A DNA stretch of 63,378 bases, filler included. It is 4 parts of 4 records of this genome, joined end to end, with 100 filler letters (N's around TTAATTAATTAA, not from the genome) between each part and the next. Parts side by side here need not be neighbours in the genome. Positions count along the whole stretch, not along the records: positions 9,651 to 38,620 come from SRR31156797_6456; positions 38,721 to 58,178 come from SRR31156797_6465; 2 more parts are not named here. One strand, written 5' to 3'. Of this stretch, positions 31,717 through 42,454 are shown piece by piece. Within the stretch, counting starts at the first letter, position 1, and each line of letters opens with the position of its first letter. Position numbers and translations under genes: made by a program. The notes under the pieces are model-generated. The model ran no database searches. It was given only the letters and a program-made list of their open reading frames with translations, and was not told where the DNA came from.

Positions 31717-32463
31717 CTATCGTCTTCTAAATTCAGCTAAAGTAACAGCTGTCGCTACGGCCACGTTTAATGATTCCATGTTTTTTGCTTCAGATGGATA
31801 AGAAGGTAATCTCAATTTTTGAATGTTATATTGATTGAACTTTTCAGAAACACCTTTAGATTCATTTCCCATTATTATGAACCCGTTATTGTTAATTTCA
31901 GCAGTATGGATGTTTTGACCATTCAAATGTGTTACATATATCCCGAAGTTTTCTACAACATTAAACTGTTCTACTAGTTTGTAAATGTCTAAGTAGTGAA
32001 TTTTAACTCGGAAAATAGCGCCCATTGTTGCTTGCACAACTTTTGGATTATAACAATCAACGGTGTCATTACTACAAAAAATATGTTCAACACCGTACCA
32101 ATTGGCTATCCGAATAATTGTACCCATATTGCCCGGATCTTGAACACTTTCAAGTACAAGACTTAATTTACTTTCCAGGTTTGATGGTACTTTGTCATTT
32201 TTTGGTATTTCTGCAATGGCAAGAGTTTTATTAGGACTTTTTAAACAACTAATTCTATCAAGTTCTTTCTCATTAATAAGTTCAACCTTTGTTTCAGTTT
32301 TTATCAGGTCTTCTTGACCAGTAGTATAAATAGCTTTTGTTTTAAAATCTGATTGTAAAAGCTCATTCACCATCTTTGTTCCTTCTATAACAAATTCACC
32401 CTGCAGTGTTCTATACTTTTTTTGTTGAAGATTCTTAATGTATTTAATTGTGTTCTTATCCAT
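31717..32463 (-). CDS. TrmH/SpoU RNA methyltransferase
   Basis: QDPGNMGTIIR, MGNESKG, ESLNVA (SPOUT motifs). Confidence 0.92.
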   Translation of the reverse strand: MDKNTIKYIKNLQQKKYRTLQGEFVIEGTKMVNELLQSDFKTKAIYTTGQEDLIKTETKVELINEKELDRISCLKSPNKTLAIAEIPKNDKVPSNLESKLSLVLESVQDPGNMGTIIRIANWYGVEHIFCSNDTVDCYNPKVVQATMGAIFRVKIHYLDIYKLVEQFNVVENFGIYVTHLNGQNIHTAEINNNGFIIMGNESKGVSEKFNQYNIQKLRLPSYPSEAKNMESLNVAVATAVTLAEFRRR

Positions 32464-32558
32464 GATTACGGTTGAAAAATGCTAAACTAGTTAAAAGATT
32501 ACTGCAAAATAAAATAAATAACGATATTTGGAGTCATATACATTACAAAAACTACTAA

Positions 32559-34889
32559 ATGAAGGGTAATGTCCTTATAAAAATATTGATTTTGTTAGTT
32601 TTAGTTTCTGCATTTCTGCAATCTTGTAGAGTCAGTCGACATGTGCCTGAAAATGAATATCTTTTAAATAAGGTCAATATTAAAGTAGATAATAAGAAAT
32701 TAGATAAAGATAAGCTCGAAGTTTACATTCAGCAGAAATCAAATCGTAGAGTTTTATACTTTTTGAGATTTCATTTAGGGGTTTACAATTTATTTAAGCC
32801 CAAAAACAAAGACAAAGGATTTTTTAATAAAATTGCAACCGTTATAGGTGAAGAGCCTGTTATATATGATAGATTCTTAGCTGGGAAAACAGTAAGGCAA
32901 TTTGAAAGATACCTCAAAAACCGGGGGTATTACAATGCTGAAATTAAAGATTCAATTAGCAGACAAGGTCAAAAGCTTGATTTATTTTATATTATTAAAA
33001 CGAATGAGCCATATTTAATTGACTCAGTTGGTTACGAATTTGCTGATACCAGTATTGCAAAATTAGTTTTGAGTGATACAGCTTCTGGATTTTTTAAGAA
33101 GAATGATGTATTTGATGTTGAATCATTTCAAAAAGAACGAAACCGTATTACCAGGCAAATGAAAGAAGCTGGTTATTATTTTTTTAGAAAAGACTTCATT
33201 AATTTTGTCGCAGATTCTACATTATTGGGAAATAGGGTTAGAGTAGTTTGTAATATTGATAAATTTGTAAGAAGAGATGAGGCCGGAAAGGTCATCAGAG
33301 AAAATCATCGCGTTTGCAGAATTAAAGATATTTATTTGTACCCTTCATTTGATCCTAAGCGTGCTATCTCTGAACAACAAATGTACTTCAGAACATTTGA
33401 TACTGTACCTTTTGAAGATTATGAGGTAATTTTTTCGGAAAAATTAAGAATTAAGCCGGATGTTATTTTGCAAGCTAATACTATTGAAGAAGGCGATAGA
33501 TATGATATACGAAAAGTTGAGTCAACTAAAAGGTTTTTAAGTTTATTAAGATTCTTTAAGTTAATACATATACAGTTTCAACCAACTGAAAACAATAATG
33601 ATTCTGTTATTTGGTTAGACGCTCATTATCAGCTAACTCCATACACACTTCAATCTTATACGGTTGAACTTGAAGGAAGCAATACTGGAGTTAACTGGGA
33701 GGCTGGTTTGAATTTAACATATCAACATCGTAATGCATTTAGAGGTGCAGAGTTGCTTGAAACCAAAGTGAAAGGTGCCCTTGAAGCAACTCAAGATGTG
33801 GTTGGAGAAGAAACAGATAAACAATTTAATTTCAACACATATGAGTATGGCGCGGATTTTAAGCTAGAGTTTCCGAAATTTTTAATGCCATTCCGTAAAC
33901 GAGGATTCTATAAGAAATATCGCCCTCAAACAACCACGGGACTACAATACAATTTTCAACAGCGACCTGATTATACCCGTACTCTTTTGAGAGGTAACTT
34001 CGGATATTTTTGGAATAGCTCTAAAAATATGCGTCACATTGTAACACCTATTGAGTTAAATTCTGTTCGTTTACCTAGAGCTGACTCGACTTTCCTTGAA
34101 GAGATTGAAAATAATGTTTATTTGAGAAACTCATATGATGACTATTTTATTACAGCAACAGGATATCAAATGATCTTTAGTAATCAGAATCTTCAAACCA
34201 ATAAAAATTATTTTTATTTAAGAACAAGCGCAGAATTGTCGGGAAATATATTAAATGCAGCTTATAGTTTATCAGATGCTGATACTGTGAATGGGAGCTA
34301 TCAAATATTTAACACTAGATTTTCTCAATATTTTAAAGCAGATGTTGATTTCAGATATTATAACGTCCTAAATAAAAAGAACAGAGTTGTATATCGATTC
34401 TTTACCGGTGCTGGAGTGCCTTACGGAAATGCAAACAGTTTACCTTTTATAAAGCAATATTTTGGAGGTGGTGCAAATGGAATTAGAGCTTGGCGTTCTC
34501 GTGATTTAGGACCGGGTACTTATCGAGATACATCCATATATCCTAATCAAACTGCGGGATTAAAAATAGAGTTTAATGTAGAGTATCGTTTTCATATTGT
34601 ATGGATGATTGAAGGAGCTATTTTTGCTGATGGCGGAAATATTTGGTCAATTGCAAAAGATGACAACAGGGAAGGAGCAAAATTTAAATTTGATAAATTC
34701 TATAAGCAGTTTGCTTTGGGAAGTGGTATCGGGCTTAGATTTGACTTTTCATTTTTTGTGTTTAGACTTGATGGAGGATTCAAGCTAATTGATCCAGCGA
34801 TAGCGGGAAGAAATAAATGGGTACTTCATGATCGAAGTTGGGGTAGAGATGATTATCAGATTCATTTTGGAATTGGATATCCGTTTTAA
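32559..34889 (+). CDS. Omp85-family lipoprotein (TamL/BamA-like)
   Basis: Lipobox LQSC, POTRA region, GGANGIRAW, C-terminal GIGYPF. Confidence 0.88.
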   Translation: MKGNVLIKILILLVLVSAFLQSCRVSRHVPENEYLLNKVNIKVDNKKLDKDKLEVYIQQKSNRRVLYFLRFHLGVYNLFKPKNKDKGFFNKIATVIGEEPVIYDRFLAGKTVRQFERYLKNRGYYNAEIKDSISRQGQKLDLFYIIKTNEPYLIDSVGYEFADTSIAKLVLSDTASGFFKKNDVFDVESFQKERNRITRQMKEAGYYFFRKDFINFVADSTLLGNRVRVVCNIDKFVRRDEAGKVIRENHRVCRIKDIYLYPSFDPKRAISEQQMYFRTFDTVPFEDYEVIFSEKLRIKPDVILQANTIEEGDRYDIRKVESTKRFLSLLRFFKLIHIQFQPTENNNDSVIWLDAHYQLTPYTLQSYTVELEGSNTGVNWEAGLNLTYQHRNAFRGAELLETKVKGALEATQDVVGEETDKQFNFNTYEYGADFKLEFPKFLMPFRKRGFYKKYRPQTTTGLQYNFQQRPDYTRTLLRGNFGYFWNSSKNMRHIVTPIELNSVRLPRADSTFLEEIENNVYLRNSYDDYFITATGYQMIFSNQNLQTNKNYFYLRTSAELSGNILNAAYSLSDADTVNGSYQIFNTRFSQYFKADVDFRYYNVLNKKNRVVYRFFTGAGVPYGNANSLPFIKQYFGGGANGIRAWRSRDLGPGTYRDTSIYPNQTAGLKIEFNVEYRFHIVWMIEGAIFADGGNIWSIAKDDNREGAKFKFDKFYKQFALGSGIGLRFDFSFFVFRLDGGFKLIDPAIAGRNKWVLHDRSWGRDDYQIHFGIGYPF

Positions 34890-34946
34890 TGATCTTTTTT
34901 TACTAAAAATATTAGATTTGCAAAGCGTAAATAAAGTATAATAGTC

Positions 34947-36311
34947 ATGGATTTAAAAGATAGAGGTAGTTTTTCAAGTAAATTTGGAGTTATTGCAGCA
35001 GCTGCCGGGTCAGCTGTAGGTTTAGGAAATATTTGGCGTTTCCCTTATGTGGCCGGAGAAAATGGAGGAGGTGCATTTCTTTTAATTTACCTTCTATTTA
35101 TTATTGCTATAGGTATTCCTGTAATGCTCTCAGAGTTCACTATTGGACGTAATGCTCAAAGAAATGCTTTTGGTTCATTTAAAAAGCTAGCTCCAGGATC
35201 TGGTTGGTCTATTGTTGGATTAATGGGGGTATTAGCTGCATTTGTTATACTTGCTTTTTATTCTACCATTGCAGGTTGGACCCTGGAATATATTATTAAA
35301 GCCATTCAGGATGGTTTCAGTAGTGGAGACACCGGTGAAATATTTACCTCATTTAGCACTAGTACATTTAAACCATTACTTTGGCAATTTATTTTTATGA
35401 TACTTACGGCATGGATTGTTTTTGCAGGGGTGCAAAAGGGAATTGAGCGCTATACTAAAATTTTAATGCCTGTTTTATTAGTGCTTATTCTAATAATGGT
35501 TGTAAGATCAGTAACACTGGAAGGTGCAAGCAAGGGTTTAGAGTTTTTATTTGCACCAGATTTTTCGAAAATTACTTTTAGTGTAGTCCTGGAAGCCCTG
35601 GGGCAAGCTGCATTCTCTCTAAGTATTGGTATGGGAGCGTTAATTACATATGGATCTTATATTAAAAAAGATAATAATTTAGGTAGTACTGCCCTCCAGG
35701 TTGCAAGTGCCGATACATTAATCGCAATACTTGCTGGCGTTATGATTTTTCCGGCTGTATTTGCTTTTAACCCTGATTTGGCAACTGAAGGTCCGGGTTT
35801 GGTATTTGTTGTGTTACCCAAGCTCTTTTTATCAATGCCGGGTGGATACTACTTTTCAATTCTGTTTTTTATCCTTTTAGCAGTTGCCGCACTAACATCT
35901 ACAGTTTCTGTGTTGGAAGTTGTAGTTGCTTATTTCTCAGAAGAGTTAAATATGAGTCGGCGCAAAGCAACCATAATTAGCTCAATATCGATTTGGGTAT
36001 TTGGCATAATAGCCACGTTATCTTTCAGCGATTTAAGTGAGGTAACAATATCCGGGCATACGATATTCGATATAATGGAATACCTTGCTGCCAATATTTT
36101 ACTTCCTTTAGGAGCGCTGCTTATTGTAATATTCCTCGGCTGGAAAATGAAAAAGAAATTGGTTTCTGATGAATTGTCAAATTCTGGAGAATTGAAAGCA
36201 AATTATTTTCAAATATTCTATTTTATCATAAGGTATTTAGCTCCAGTTGCCATAGTATTGGTATTTTTAAACTCTTTGGGAGTTATTAATTTTATAATTG
36301 ATTTATTTTAA
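34947..36311 (+). CDS. Sodium-dependent NSS/SNF family transporter
   Basis: GSAVGLGNIWRFPY, GGGAF, GQAAFSLS. Confidence 0.93.
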   Translation: MDLKDRGSFSSKFGVIAAAAGSAVGLGNIWRFPYVAGENGGGAFLLIYLLFIIAIGIPVMLSEFTIGRNAQRNAFGSFKKLAPGSGWSIVGLMGVLAAFVILAFYSTIAGWTLEYIIKAIQDGFSSGDTGEIFTSFSTSTFKPLLWQFIFMILTAWIVFAGVQKGIERYTKILMPVLLVLILIMVVRSVTLEGASKGLEFLFAPDFSKITFSVVLEALGQAAFSLSIGMGALITYGSYIKKDNNLGSTALQVASADTLIAILAGVMIFPAVFAFNPDLATEGPGLVFVVLPKLFLSMPGGYYFSILFFILLAVAALTSTVSVLEVVVAYFSEELNMSRRKATIISSISIWVFGIIATLSFSDLSEVTISGHTIFDIMEYLAANILLPLGALLIVIFLGWKMKKKLVSDELSNSGELKANYFQIFYFIIRYLAPVAIVLVFLNSLGVINFIIDLF

Positions 36312-36330
36312 AACAGGTTCACGCTAATTC

Positions 36331-37386
36331 ATGAAACAGTTTTTTCTTAACCTTGCCGCTTTTACTAAGAGAGAGCGAAGAGGAGCATTTGTTTTAATCT
36401 TAGTTTTGGTAATTATTATATTGATTAATAATCAAATTCCACGCTTTGTTTCCACTGAGAATAATCTAATACCTGAAGATACTGCTATAATAAATAAATG
36501 GATTGGTGAACTTAAACATCGAAAGCTGAATTTATCCCCTTTCAATCCTAATCAAATGGATATGCAGAAATTAATTAAGATGGGTTTGCCAGCTTCAATA
36601 TGTTCAAGTTGGTCAAAGTACCTTGATGCCGGTGGTAAGTTTTATGATAAAAAGGATGTAAGGAGATTATATGGGATGAATGATTCTGTTTTTTACAAAG
36701 TTGAACCAAACCTTATAATACCAACTCAGAAAAAGCGAAAGAACAAGACATTTAATAAGGAACCTGAACGTGAGCTTAAGAATTTCGATCCAAATAAATT
36801 TACTTTTGACCAATTGGTAGGGGCAGGTCTCGAAAAAACTATAGCATCAAACATTATTAATTATAGGAATAGTATAGGAGAATTCTTAACGAAGGAGGAT
36901 TTGAAAAAATTATATGCAATTGATGAGGATACTTATAAATCAATTGCATCATATATAATTATAGAGCCTGCTGCTATGCAAGTTGTTAAAATAGATAGTG
37001 TAGAATTAAATTCGACTACCTTTGAAGAATTGATAGAAATTGGTATAAGTAGAAAAACAGCAAAAGGTATTGTTGGTTATAGAAACGTATTAGGTGGGTT
37101 TTATAGAATAAGTCAATTAAGTGAAGTTTATAGTATTTCAGAAGAAGAAATTAAAAAGTTGCAAGAGGCAAGTTGGATTGATACTTTATTAATAAGAAAA
37201 ATCAATTTCAATAAAGCTGATGAATATCAATTATCACAACATCCATATATATCTAAAAGACAAGCCCGCCAATTATTAAAATATAAGCGCTTTGCTTCAA
37301 AAGTAGATAATTTTAAAGAAATTGAATCTTTAAATGTGTTTTCTGATGATTTGGCCCCAAAATTGCGTAAATACTTCGCTTTTTAG
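36331..37386 (+). CDS. ComEA-like helix-hairpin-helix repeat protein
   Basis: N-terminal TM; repeated F(N/D)PN...L..G...I..YR...G.F...L..Y units. Confidence 0.8.
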   Translation: MKQFFLNLAAFTKRERRGAFVLILVLVIIILINNQIPRFVSTENNLIPEDTAIINKWIGELKHRKLNLSPFNPNQMDMQKLIKMGLPASICSSWSKYLDAGGKFYDKKDVRRLYGMNDSVFYKVEPNLIIPTQKKRKNKTFNKEPERELKNFDPNKFTFDQLVGAGLEKTIASNIINYRNSIGEFLTKEDLKKLYAIDEDTYKSIASYIIIEPAAMQVVKIDSVELNSTTFEELIEIGISRKTAKGIVGYRNVLGGFYRISQLSEVYSISEEEIKKLQEASWIDTLLIRKINFNKADEYQLSQHPYISKRQARQLLKYKRFASKVDNFKEIESLNVFSDDLAPKLRKYFAF

Positions 37387-37569
37387 TTAGAGTTACAATA
37401 TTTAGATGTGCTAGCTATAGATTTTAAATAAAAAAATATAGCTAAACTGACTGAATGTGAAAAAATTGCATAACTACCTGAAAAAAAAGCAAAAAATTCT
37501 TTTTTTGAAAAAAATAATTATACCTTTGCAACCCAATTTATTAGGGTAAAATGTCTTAATTTATAGAAT

Positions 37570-37944
37570 ATGCCTACAATACAGCAGTTAGTAAGAAAAG
37601 GAAGAAAAAGAATCGAACAAAAAAGTAAGGCACCTGCATTAGGCGCAAGTCCGCAGAAACGTGGAGTTTGTACACGTGTATATACAACTACACCTAAAAA
37701 ACCAAACTCAGCGATGCGTAAGGTAGCCAGGGTTCGATTAACAAACGGGAAAGAAGTTAATGCTTACATCCCAGGAGAAGGTCACAATCTTCAAGAGCAC
37801 TCAATTGTGTTAATTAGAGGTGGCCGTGTGAAAGATCTGCCAGGTGTTCGTTATCACATTGTTAGAGGAGCACTGGATACTTCAGGAGTTGAAGGAAGAT
37901 TACAACGTCGTTCTAAATACGGCACTAAGAAACCGAAGAAATAA
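37570..37944 (+). CDS. rpsL: 30S ribosomal protein S12
   Basis: [32 protein letters not shown] -7 box at 37521. Confidence 0.99.
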   Translation: MPTIQQLVRKGRKRIEQKSKAPALGASPQKRGVCTRVYTTTPKKPNSAMRKVARVRLTNGKEVNAYIPGEGHNLQEHSIVLIRGGRVKDLPGVRYHIVRGALDTSGVEGRLQRRSKYGTKKPKK

Positions 37945-37956
37945 TAAAGTCGATCC

Positions 37957-38433
37957 ATGAGAAAGAGTAAACCTAAAAAACGGATACTTACACCTGATCC
38001 AAGATTTAATGATAGCTTGGTAACTCGTTTCGTAAATGAGTTAATGATGGACGGTAAGAAAAATTTAGCGTACGAAATTTTTTATAATTCGCTAGACATT
38101 GTTGGAGAGAAGATGAAGGATAATGAAGAGTCTACTTTAGAAATTTGGAAGAAAGCATTACAAAATGTTACACCAAAAGTTGAGGTTAAGAGTAGACGAG
38201 TTGGTGGTGCTACATTTCAAATTCCAACAGAGATTCGAGAAAGTCGCAAAGTTGCGCTTAGTATGAAAGCTTTAATTAAGTATGCAAGAGAACGTAACGG
38301 TAAAACAATGGCCGATAACCTTGCAAATGAAATTATGGCAGCTTACAACGAAGAAGGTGGCGCCTTTAAAAAGAAAGAGGATACACACAGAATGGCTGAG
38401 GCAAACAAGGCATTCTCACATTTCCGCTTTTAA
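37957..38433 (+). CDS. rpsG: 30S ribosomal protein S7
   Basis: [20 protein letters not shown]. Confidence 0.99.
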   Translation: MRKSKPKKRILTPDPRFNDSLVTRFVNELMMDGKKNLAYEIFYNSLDIVGEKMKDNEESTLEIWKKALQNVTPKVEVKSRRVGGATFQIPTEIRESRKVALSMKALIKYARERNGKTMADNLANEIMAAYNEEGGAFKKKEDTHRMAEANKAFSHFRF

Positions 38434-38455
38434 TATTGAAATTCTATAATACACG

Positions 38456-38620
38456 ATGGCAAACAAATTAGAATTTAATCGCAATATCGGTATCATGGCG
38501 CATATCGATGCGGGAAAAACAACAACTACCGAACGTATACTTTACTATACGGGAATTACTCACCGTATTGGAGAGGTGCACGATGGTGCTGCAACCATGG
38601 ACTGGATGGAGCAGGAGCAG
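38456..38620 (+). CDS. fusA: Elongation factor G (partial)
   Basis: [24 protein letters not shown]. Confidence 0.98.
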
Positions 38621-38720
38621 NNNNNNNNNNNNNNNNNNNNNNNNNNNNNNNNNNNNNNNNNNNNTTAATTAATTAANNNNNNNNNNNNNNNNNNNNNNNN
38701 NNNNNNNNNNNNNNNNNNNN
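38621..38720. other. Artificial contig linker
   Basis: N44-TTAATTAATTAA-N44. Confidence 0.98.
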
Positions 38721-38721
38721 G

Positions 38722-39285
38722 GGATTTACTGAAGAATGGGAACAGCGTAAAGCAAAAGAAATTTTTGTACCGACAGTCGATAAGAATCAACCTGAACTCC
38801 CAGTCCTATCAGTTACACAAGATTCTGGTGTAGTATACAGAGATCAGTTGGGTATCGATATTAAGTACGATAAGACAACTCTTAAGAACTATAAGGTTGT
38901 ACATCAAGGTGATTTTATAATTAGTTTGCGGTCTTTTCAGGGTGGATTTGAACTCTCTGATAAGTTAGGTATTACTAGTCCTGCATATACTGTATTTATC
39001 CCCAAAAATATAAATAACCAAGATAGTTTATTTTGGAAAGTTAAGTTTAAAACATTCACTTTTATAGAATCATTAAAAACAGTAACATTTGGAATTAGAG
39101 ATGGTAAGTCTATAAGTTTTTCTGAATTTGGAGATTTGAAGCTGTTATTTCCAAAAAATATCGAAGAACAACAAAAAATCGGAACTTTCTTCAAACAACT
39201 CGACGACACGATCGCTCTTCATCAGCGTGAGCTAGATTTGTTAAAAGAAACCAAAAAAGGGTTCCTGCAAAAATTATTTGTCTAA
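38722..39285 (+). CDS. hsdS: Type I RM specificity subunit, last TRD plus conserved tail (5'-truncated)
   Basis: Frame is open from the contig edge: GFTEEWEQRK...EEQQKIGTFFKQLDDTIALHQR...KKGFLQKLFV. Confidence 0.92.
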   Translation, partial: GFTEEWEQRKAKEIFVPTVDKNQPELPVLSVTQDSGVVYRDQLGIDIKYDKTTLKNYKVVHQGDFIISLRSFQGGFELSDKLGITSPAYTVFIPKNINNQDSLFWKVKFKTFTFIESLKTVTFGIRDGKSISFSEFGDLKLLFPKNIEEQQKIGTFFKQLDDTIALHQRELDLLKETKKGFLQKLFV

Positions 39286-39297
39286 GGAGGTGCGGGA

Positions 39298-42200
39298 ATG
39301 AAAATAAAGCATCGTGACGAAGCAGAAGTAGAAAATCACCTGATTCATATACTAGGCGAAGGACACAATCAATGGGTCTACCGACCAGAGTTAAAGTCCG
39401 AAGCAGATTTGTGGCAAAATTTTCGTGAGAAGATCACGCACAATAATCTTTCAGAAATTGGCGAACATCCTTTAACTGATAAAGAATTTGAAACTATTAA
39501 AACAGAATTGTTATTAAAAACTCAAACGCCTTTTGATGCAGCGAAATGGTTAAAAGGAGAAAATGGTATCGCTCGAATCAAGATTGATCGTGAAGATGCT
39601 TCTTTAGGATCAATCTCGTTGATTCTCTATTCAAACCAAGACGTAGGTGGAGGATTATCGACATATGAAGTTGTGAATCAAATTGCCAAACAAGACAGTA
39701 GTGCAGACGCACGTGACCGCCGGTTTGATGTGACATTATTGATCAGTGGCTTGCCAATTGTTCAAATTGAATTAAAGCAGGTCACTGCAAAAGACGGTGT
39801 TTTTCAAGCCTTTAACCAAGTAAAAAAATATGCTGAAGAAGGTGTCTTTCGTAATAACATCTTTTCGACGCTTCAATTGTTTGTTGTCTCAAACGAGCAA
39901 ACGACACGCTATTTTGCCAATGCGATGCCCAAAGACATGCATCGGAAATTTTTGTTTAGTTGGCGGACAAGAGACAACAAAAAAGTAGATAATCTTTATG
40001 AATTTTGTAAGCAAGTGTTGAATATCCCAGATGCGCATCGGCTTATCGCTAACTACACGATTGTGAGCGAAGATCAAGACAATAAAACATTAATGGTCTT
40101 ACATCCCTATCAGGTACATGCGATCGAGGCATTATTTGTGGCGGCGAATAAGCATCAATCCGGCTATGTTTGGCATGCTACTGGTTCAGGAAAAACGTTG
40201 ACAAGTTTTGTTTCAACTAAACTTTTAGCACGCAAGTCTGGTATTGATCGTACGATTATGCTGGTGGATCGCAAGGACTTAGATAATCAAACCACCAATG
40301 AATTTACAAAATTTGCCTCAGAATTTAATACAGGGACATCTTCGGGAGATGCGAAAGCCAATAGTTTAATTGTGGGAACTGGTAATGCAAAAGAGCTAGG
40401 TAGAACACTTTTGGCTGATGCAAATGCCAACGTCATTATTATTACTACCCGCCAGAAATTGGACGCAGCGCTAAAATATGCAAAAAAACAAGAGGAAAAG
40501 AATGGAACCAAGCGATTTGAAAAGCTGATTGGGCAACATATTGTTTTTGTCGTGGATGAATGCCACCGAGCTTTAAGCGCTGAAAATATGGAGGAAATCA
40601 AGCAGTTCTTTCCAAACTCTACTTGGTTCGGATTTACAGGAACGCCAATTTTTGAAGTGAATAAGAAGCAGGCCCAAGGACAATTGGCTCGTACTACTCG
40701 AGATCAGTATGGGGATGTCTTGCACACCTATACAATCAAAAATGCTTTAGAAGATGGTTCAGTATTGGGCTTTCAAGTAGAGCATGAAAATACCATTGAA
40801 CCCACATCATTAGATAATCGAATTCACCAGAAATTACTTGAAGTTGAAAAATATGCCAAATATTCTCCTGAACAAATCAATTTGATCGTGGATAATATGG
40901 ATCAAATGAAAAAGGAGAGTTATATTGAGCCGATTGTTTATGAATCAGAGGATCATATTCAGAAAGTGATCCATAAAATCTTTCGTCCTAATAATGCCTA
41001 TACAAAATTCGATTTTAGAAATGGACGACCAACAAAGTCGGCTATTTTGACAACAAGCTCCATTGAGATGGCAAAGCAATACTATCGAGCGATCAAAGAA
41101 ATGACGAAAGAATCAGATTGGCTTCAAAAAGAATTTCCTGATCAACCGATTCGTGAAGGAAGAACGATGGATGATCCAGATTTTCCGCGAATTGCCATTA
41201 CGTACTCAATGGATGAAAACGCCGCAAGTGCCAAAGAAAAGCAAGATGAAATGCAACGAATTATTTCAGAATACAATGAGTATTACCATACAGTATGGTC
41301 AATCGCAGAAATTGAACGCTATAACGGAGATATCAATAATCGTTTAGCACGGAAACGAGCAGAATTTAAGCAATTTGGTAAGCAAATCGATTTAGTGATC
41401 GTTGTTGATCGACTTTTAACAGGGTTTGATGCCCCTACGATTCAAACATTGTTTGTTGATCGAAACCTAGAATATGCAGGATTGATTCAAGCCTTTTCTC
41501 GAACGAATCGTACATATCCCGAGAAGAAGAAAGGGCTAGTCGTTACATTTAGAAAACCCGCGACAATGGAATATAATGTGGCGGAAGCTACAAAGCTATA
41601 TTCAGAAGCACAAGAAGAATCCGGGTTGATTTATCCAACCTATGAAGAATCAAAAGCTCGCTTTGAAAAAGCATATAAGCAATTACAAACATTTACCGTA
41701 ATACCTGGAACAACGGAAAATACTCCGATAGAAACCCGAGTAGATTATGTGAAAGCTTTCCAAGAGCTGAACAAAGCTTATGAGGCATTGGTCACATATG
41801 ACAATTACAATGAAGAAATGGAACAATCGGAAGTTCTAAAAGAACAAATATCAATCTTAGAAGAACAAGTTGGATTTTATGAGACGGTGAAAGGATCACT
41901 GATAGAAGAATACGAAGAAGAAGAGGATATTAATTTCTCAGCTATTGAATTTTATAGTGATAATTCAATTCGACTATATGATATCGACTCCTCGTATATC
42001 GATCAATTATTAGGTACCTATGCAGCGAATAGTTCTGATGTGCGCGAGGAAATAGAGAAAGCTCTGAAGAAGTTAAACAAAACTGAATGTGTCAAAAAAG
42101 TGTATCGTCAAATCTTAAATTCAATAGATTCTGGAGAACTTGATGAGAAAGAAGATATTTTTGCGATCAAACGACGATTTTTTGTGCAAGCAAGGGATCA

Positions 42201-42447
42201 GATGATTCATGCGTTTGCAAGAGAGTGGAATGTTTCCACTGATGAACTGCACTACTCAAGTATCCAATATGTTGTTGGAGAAGATCCCATTCCGAATATG
42301 AAAGGTATTATTCAAAGCAAAGATTTTGAGGCATACAAAGAAAAACACCCAAATGCAAAACCATTTCAATACCCGCAACAAATGAAACGAGCTTGGCGAC
42401 TCGTATTAGACGATACATTGATACCACTTGAGAATGAGCTAAGGTAG
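39298..42447 (+). CDS. hsdR: Type I restriction subunit R (IC/EcoR124I-like)
   Basis: RFDV...VQIELK nuclease motif, HATGSGKT, DECH, GFTGTP, LLTGFD, QAFSRTNR; AAGGAGG RBS. Confidence 0.96.
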   Translation: MKIKHRDEAEVENHLIHILGEGHNQWVYRPELKSEADLWQNFREKITHNNLSEIGEHPLTDKEFETIKTELLLKTQTPFDAAKWLKGENGIARIKIDREDASLGSISLILYSNQDVGGGLSTYEVVNQIAKQDSSADARDRRFDVTLLISGLPIVQIELKQVTAKDGVFQAFNQVKKYAEEGVFRNNIFSTLQLFVVSNEQTTRYFANAMPKDMHRKFLFSWRTRDNKKVDNLYEFCKQVLNIPDAHRLIANYTIVSEDQDNKTLMVLHPYQVHAIEALFVAANKHQSGYVWHATGSGKTLTSFVSTKLLARKSGIDRTIMLVDRKDLDNQTTNEFTKFASEFNTGTSSGDAKANSLIVGTGNAKELGRTLLADANANVIIITTRQKLDAALKYAKKQEEKNGTKRFEKLIGQHIVFVVDECHRALSAENMEEIKQFFPNSTWFGFTGTPIFEVNKKQAQGQLARTTRDQYGDVLHTYTIKNALEDGSVLGFQVEHENTIEPTSLDNRIHQKLLEVEKYAKYSPEQINLIVDNMDQMKKESYIEPIVYESEDHIQKVIHKIFRPNNAYTKFDFRNGRPTKSAILTTSSIEMAKQYYRAIKEMTKESDWLQKEFPDQPIREGRTMDDPDFPRIAITYSMDENAASAKEKQDEMQRIISEYNEYYHTVWSIAEIERYNGDINNRLARKRAEFKQFGKQIDLVIVVDRLLTGFDAPTIQTLFVDRNLEYAGLIQAFSRTNRTYPEKKKGLVVTFRKPATMEYNVAEATKLYSEAQEESGLIYPTYEESKARFEKAYKQLQTFTVIPGTTENTPIETRVDYVKAFQELNKAYEALVTYDNYNEEMEQSEVLKEQISILEEQVGFYETVKGSLIEEYEEEEDINFSAIEFYSDNSIRLYDIDSSYIDQLLGTYAANSSDVREEIEKALKKLNKTECVKKVYRQILNSIDSGELDEKEDIFAIKRRFFVQARDQMIHAFAREWNVSTDELHYSSIQYVVGEDPIPNMKGIIQSKDFEAYKEKHPNAKPFQYPQQMKRAWRLVLDDTLIPLENELR

Positions 42448-42454
42448 GTGAAGA

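Noticed and set aside
37570-37944. Streptomycin-resistance alleles in rpsL
   Set aside because: The PKKPNS and RVKDLP motifs are wild type
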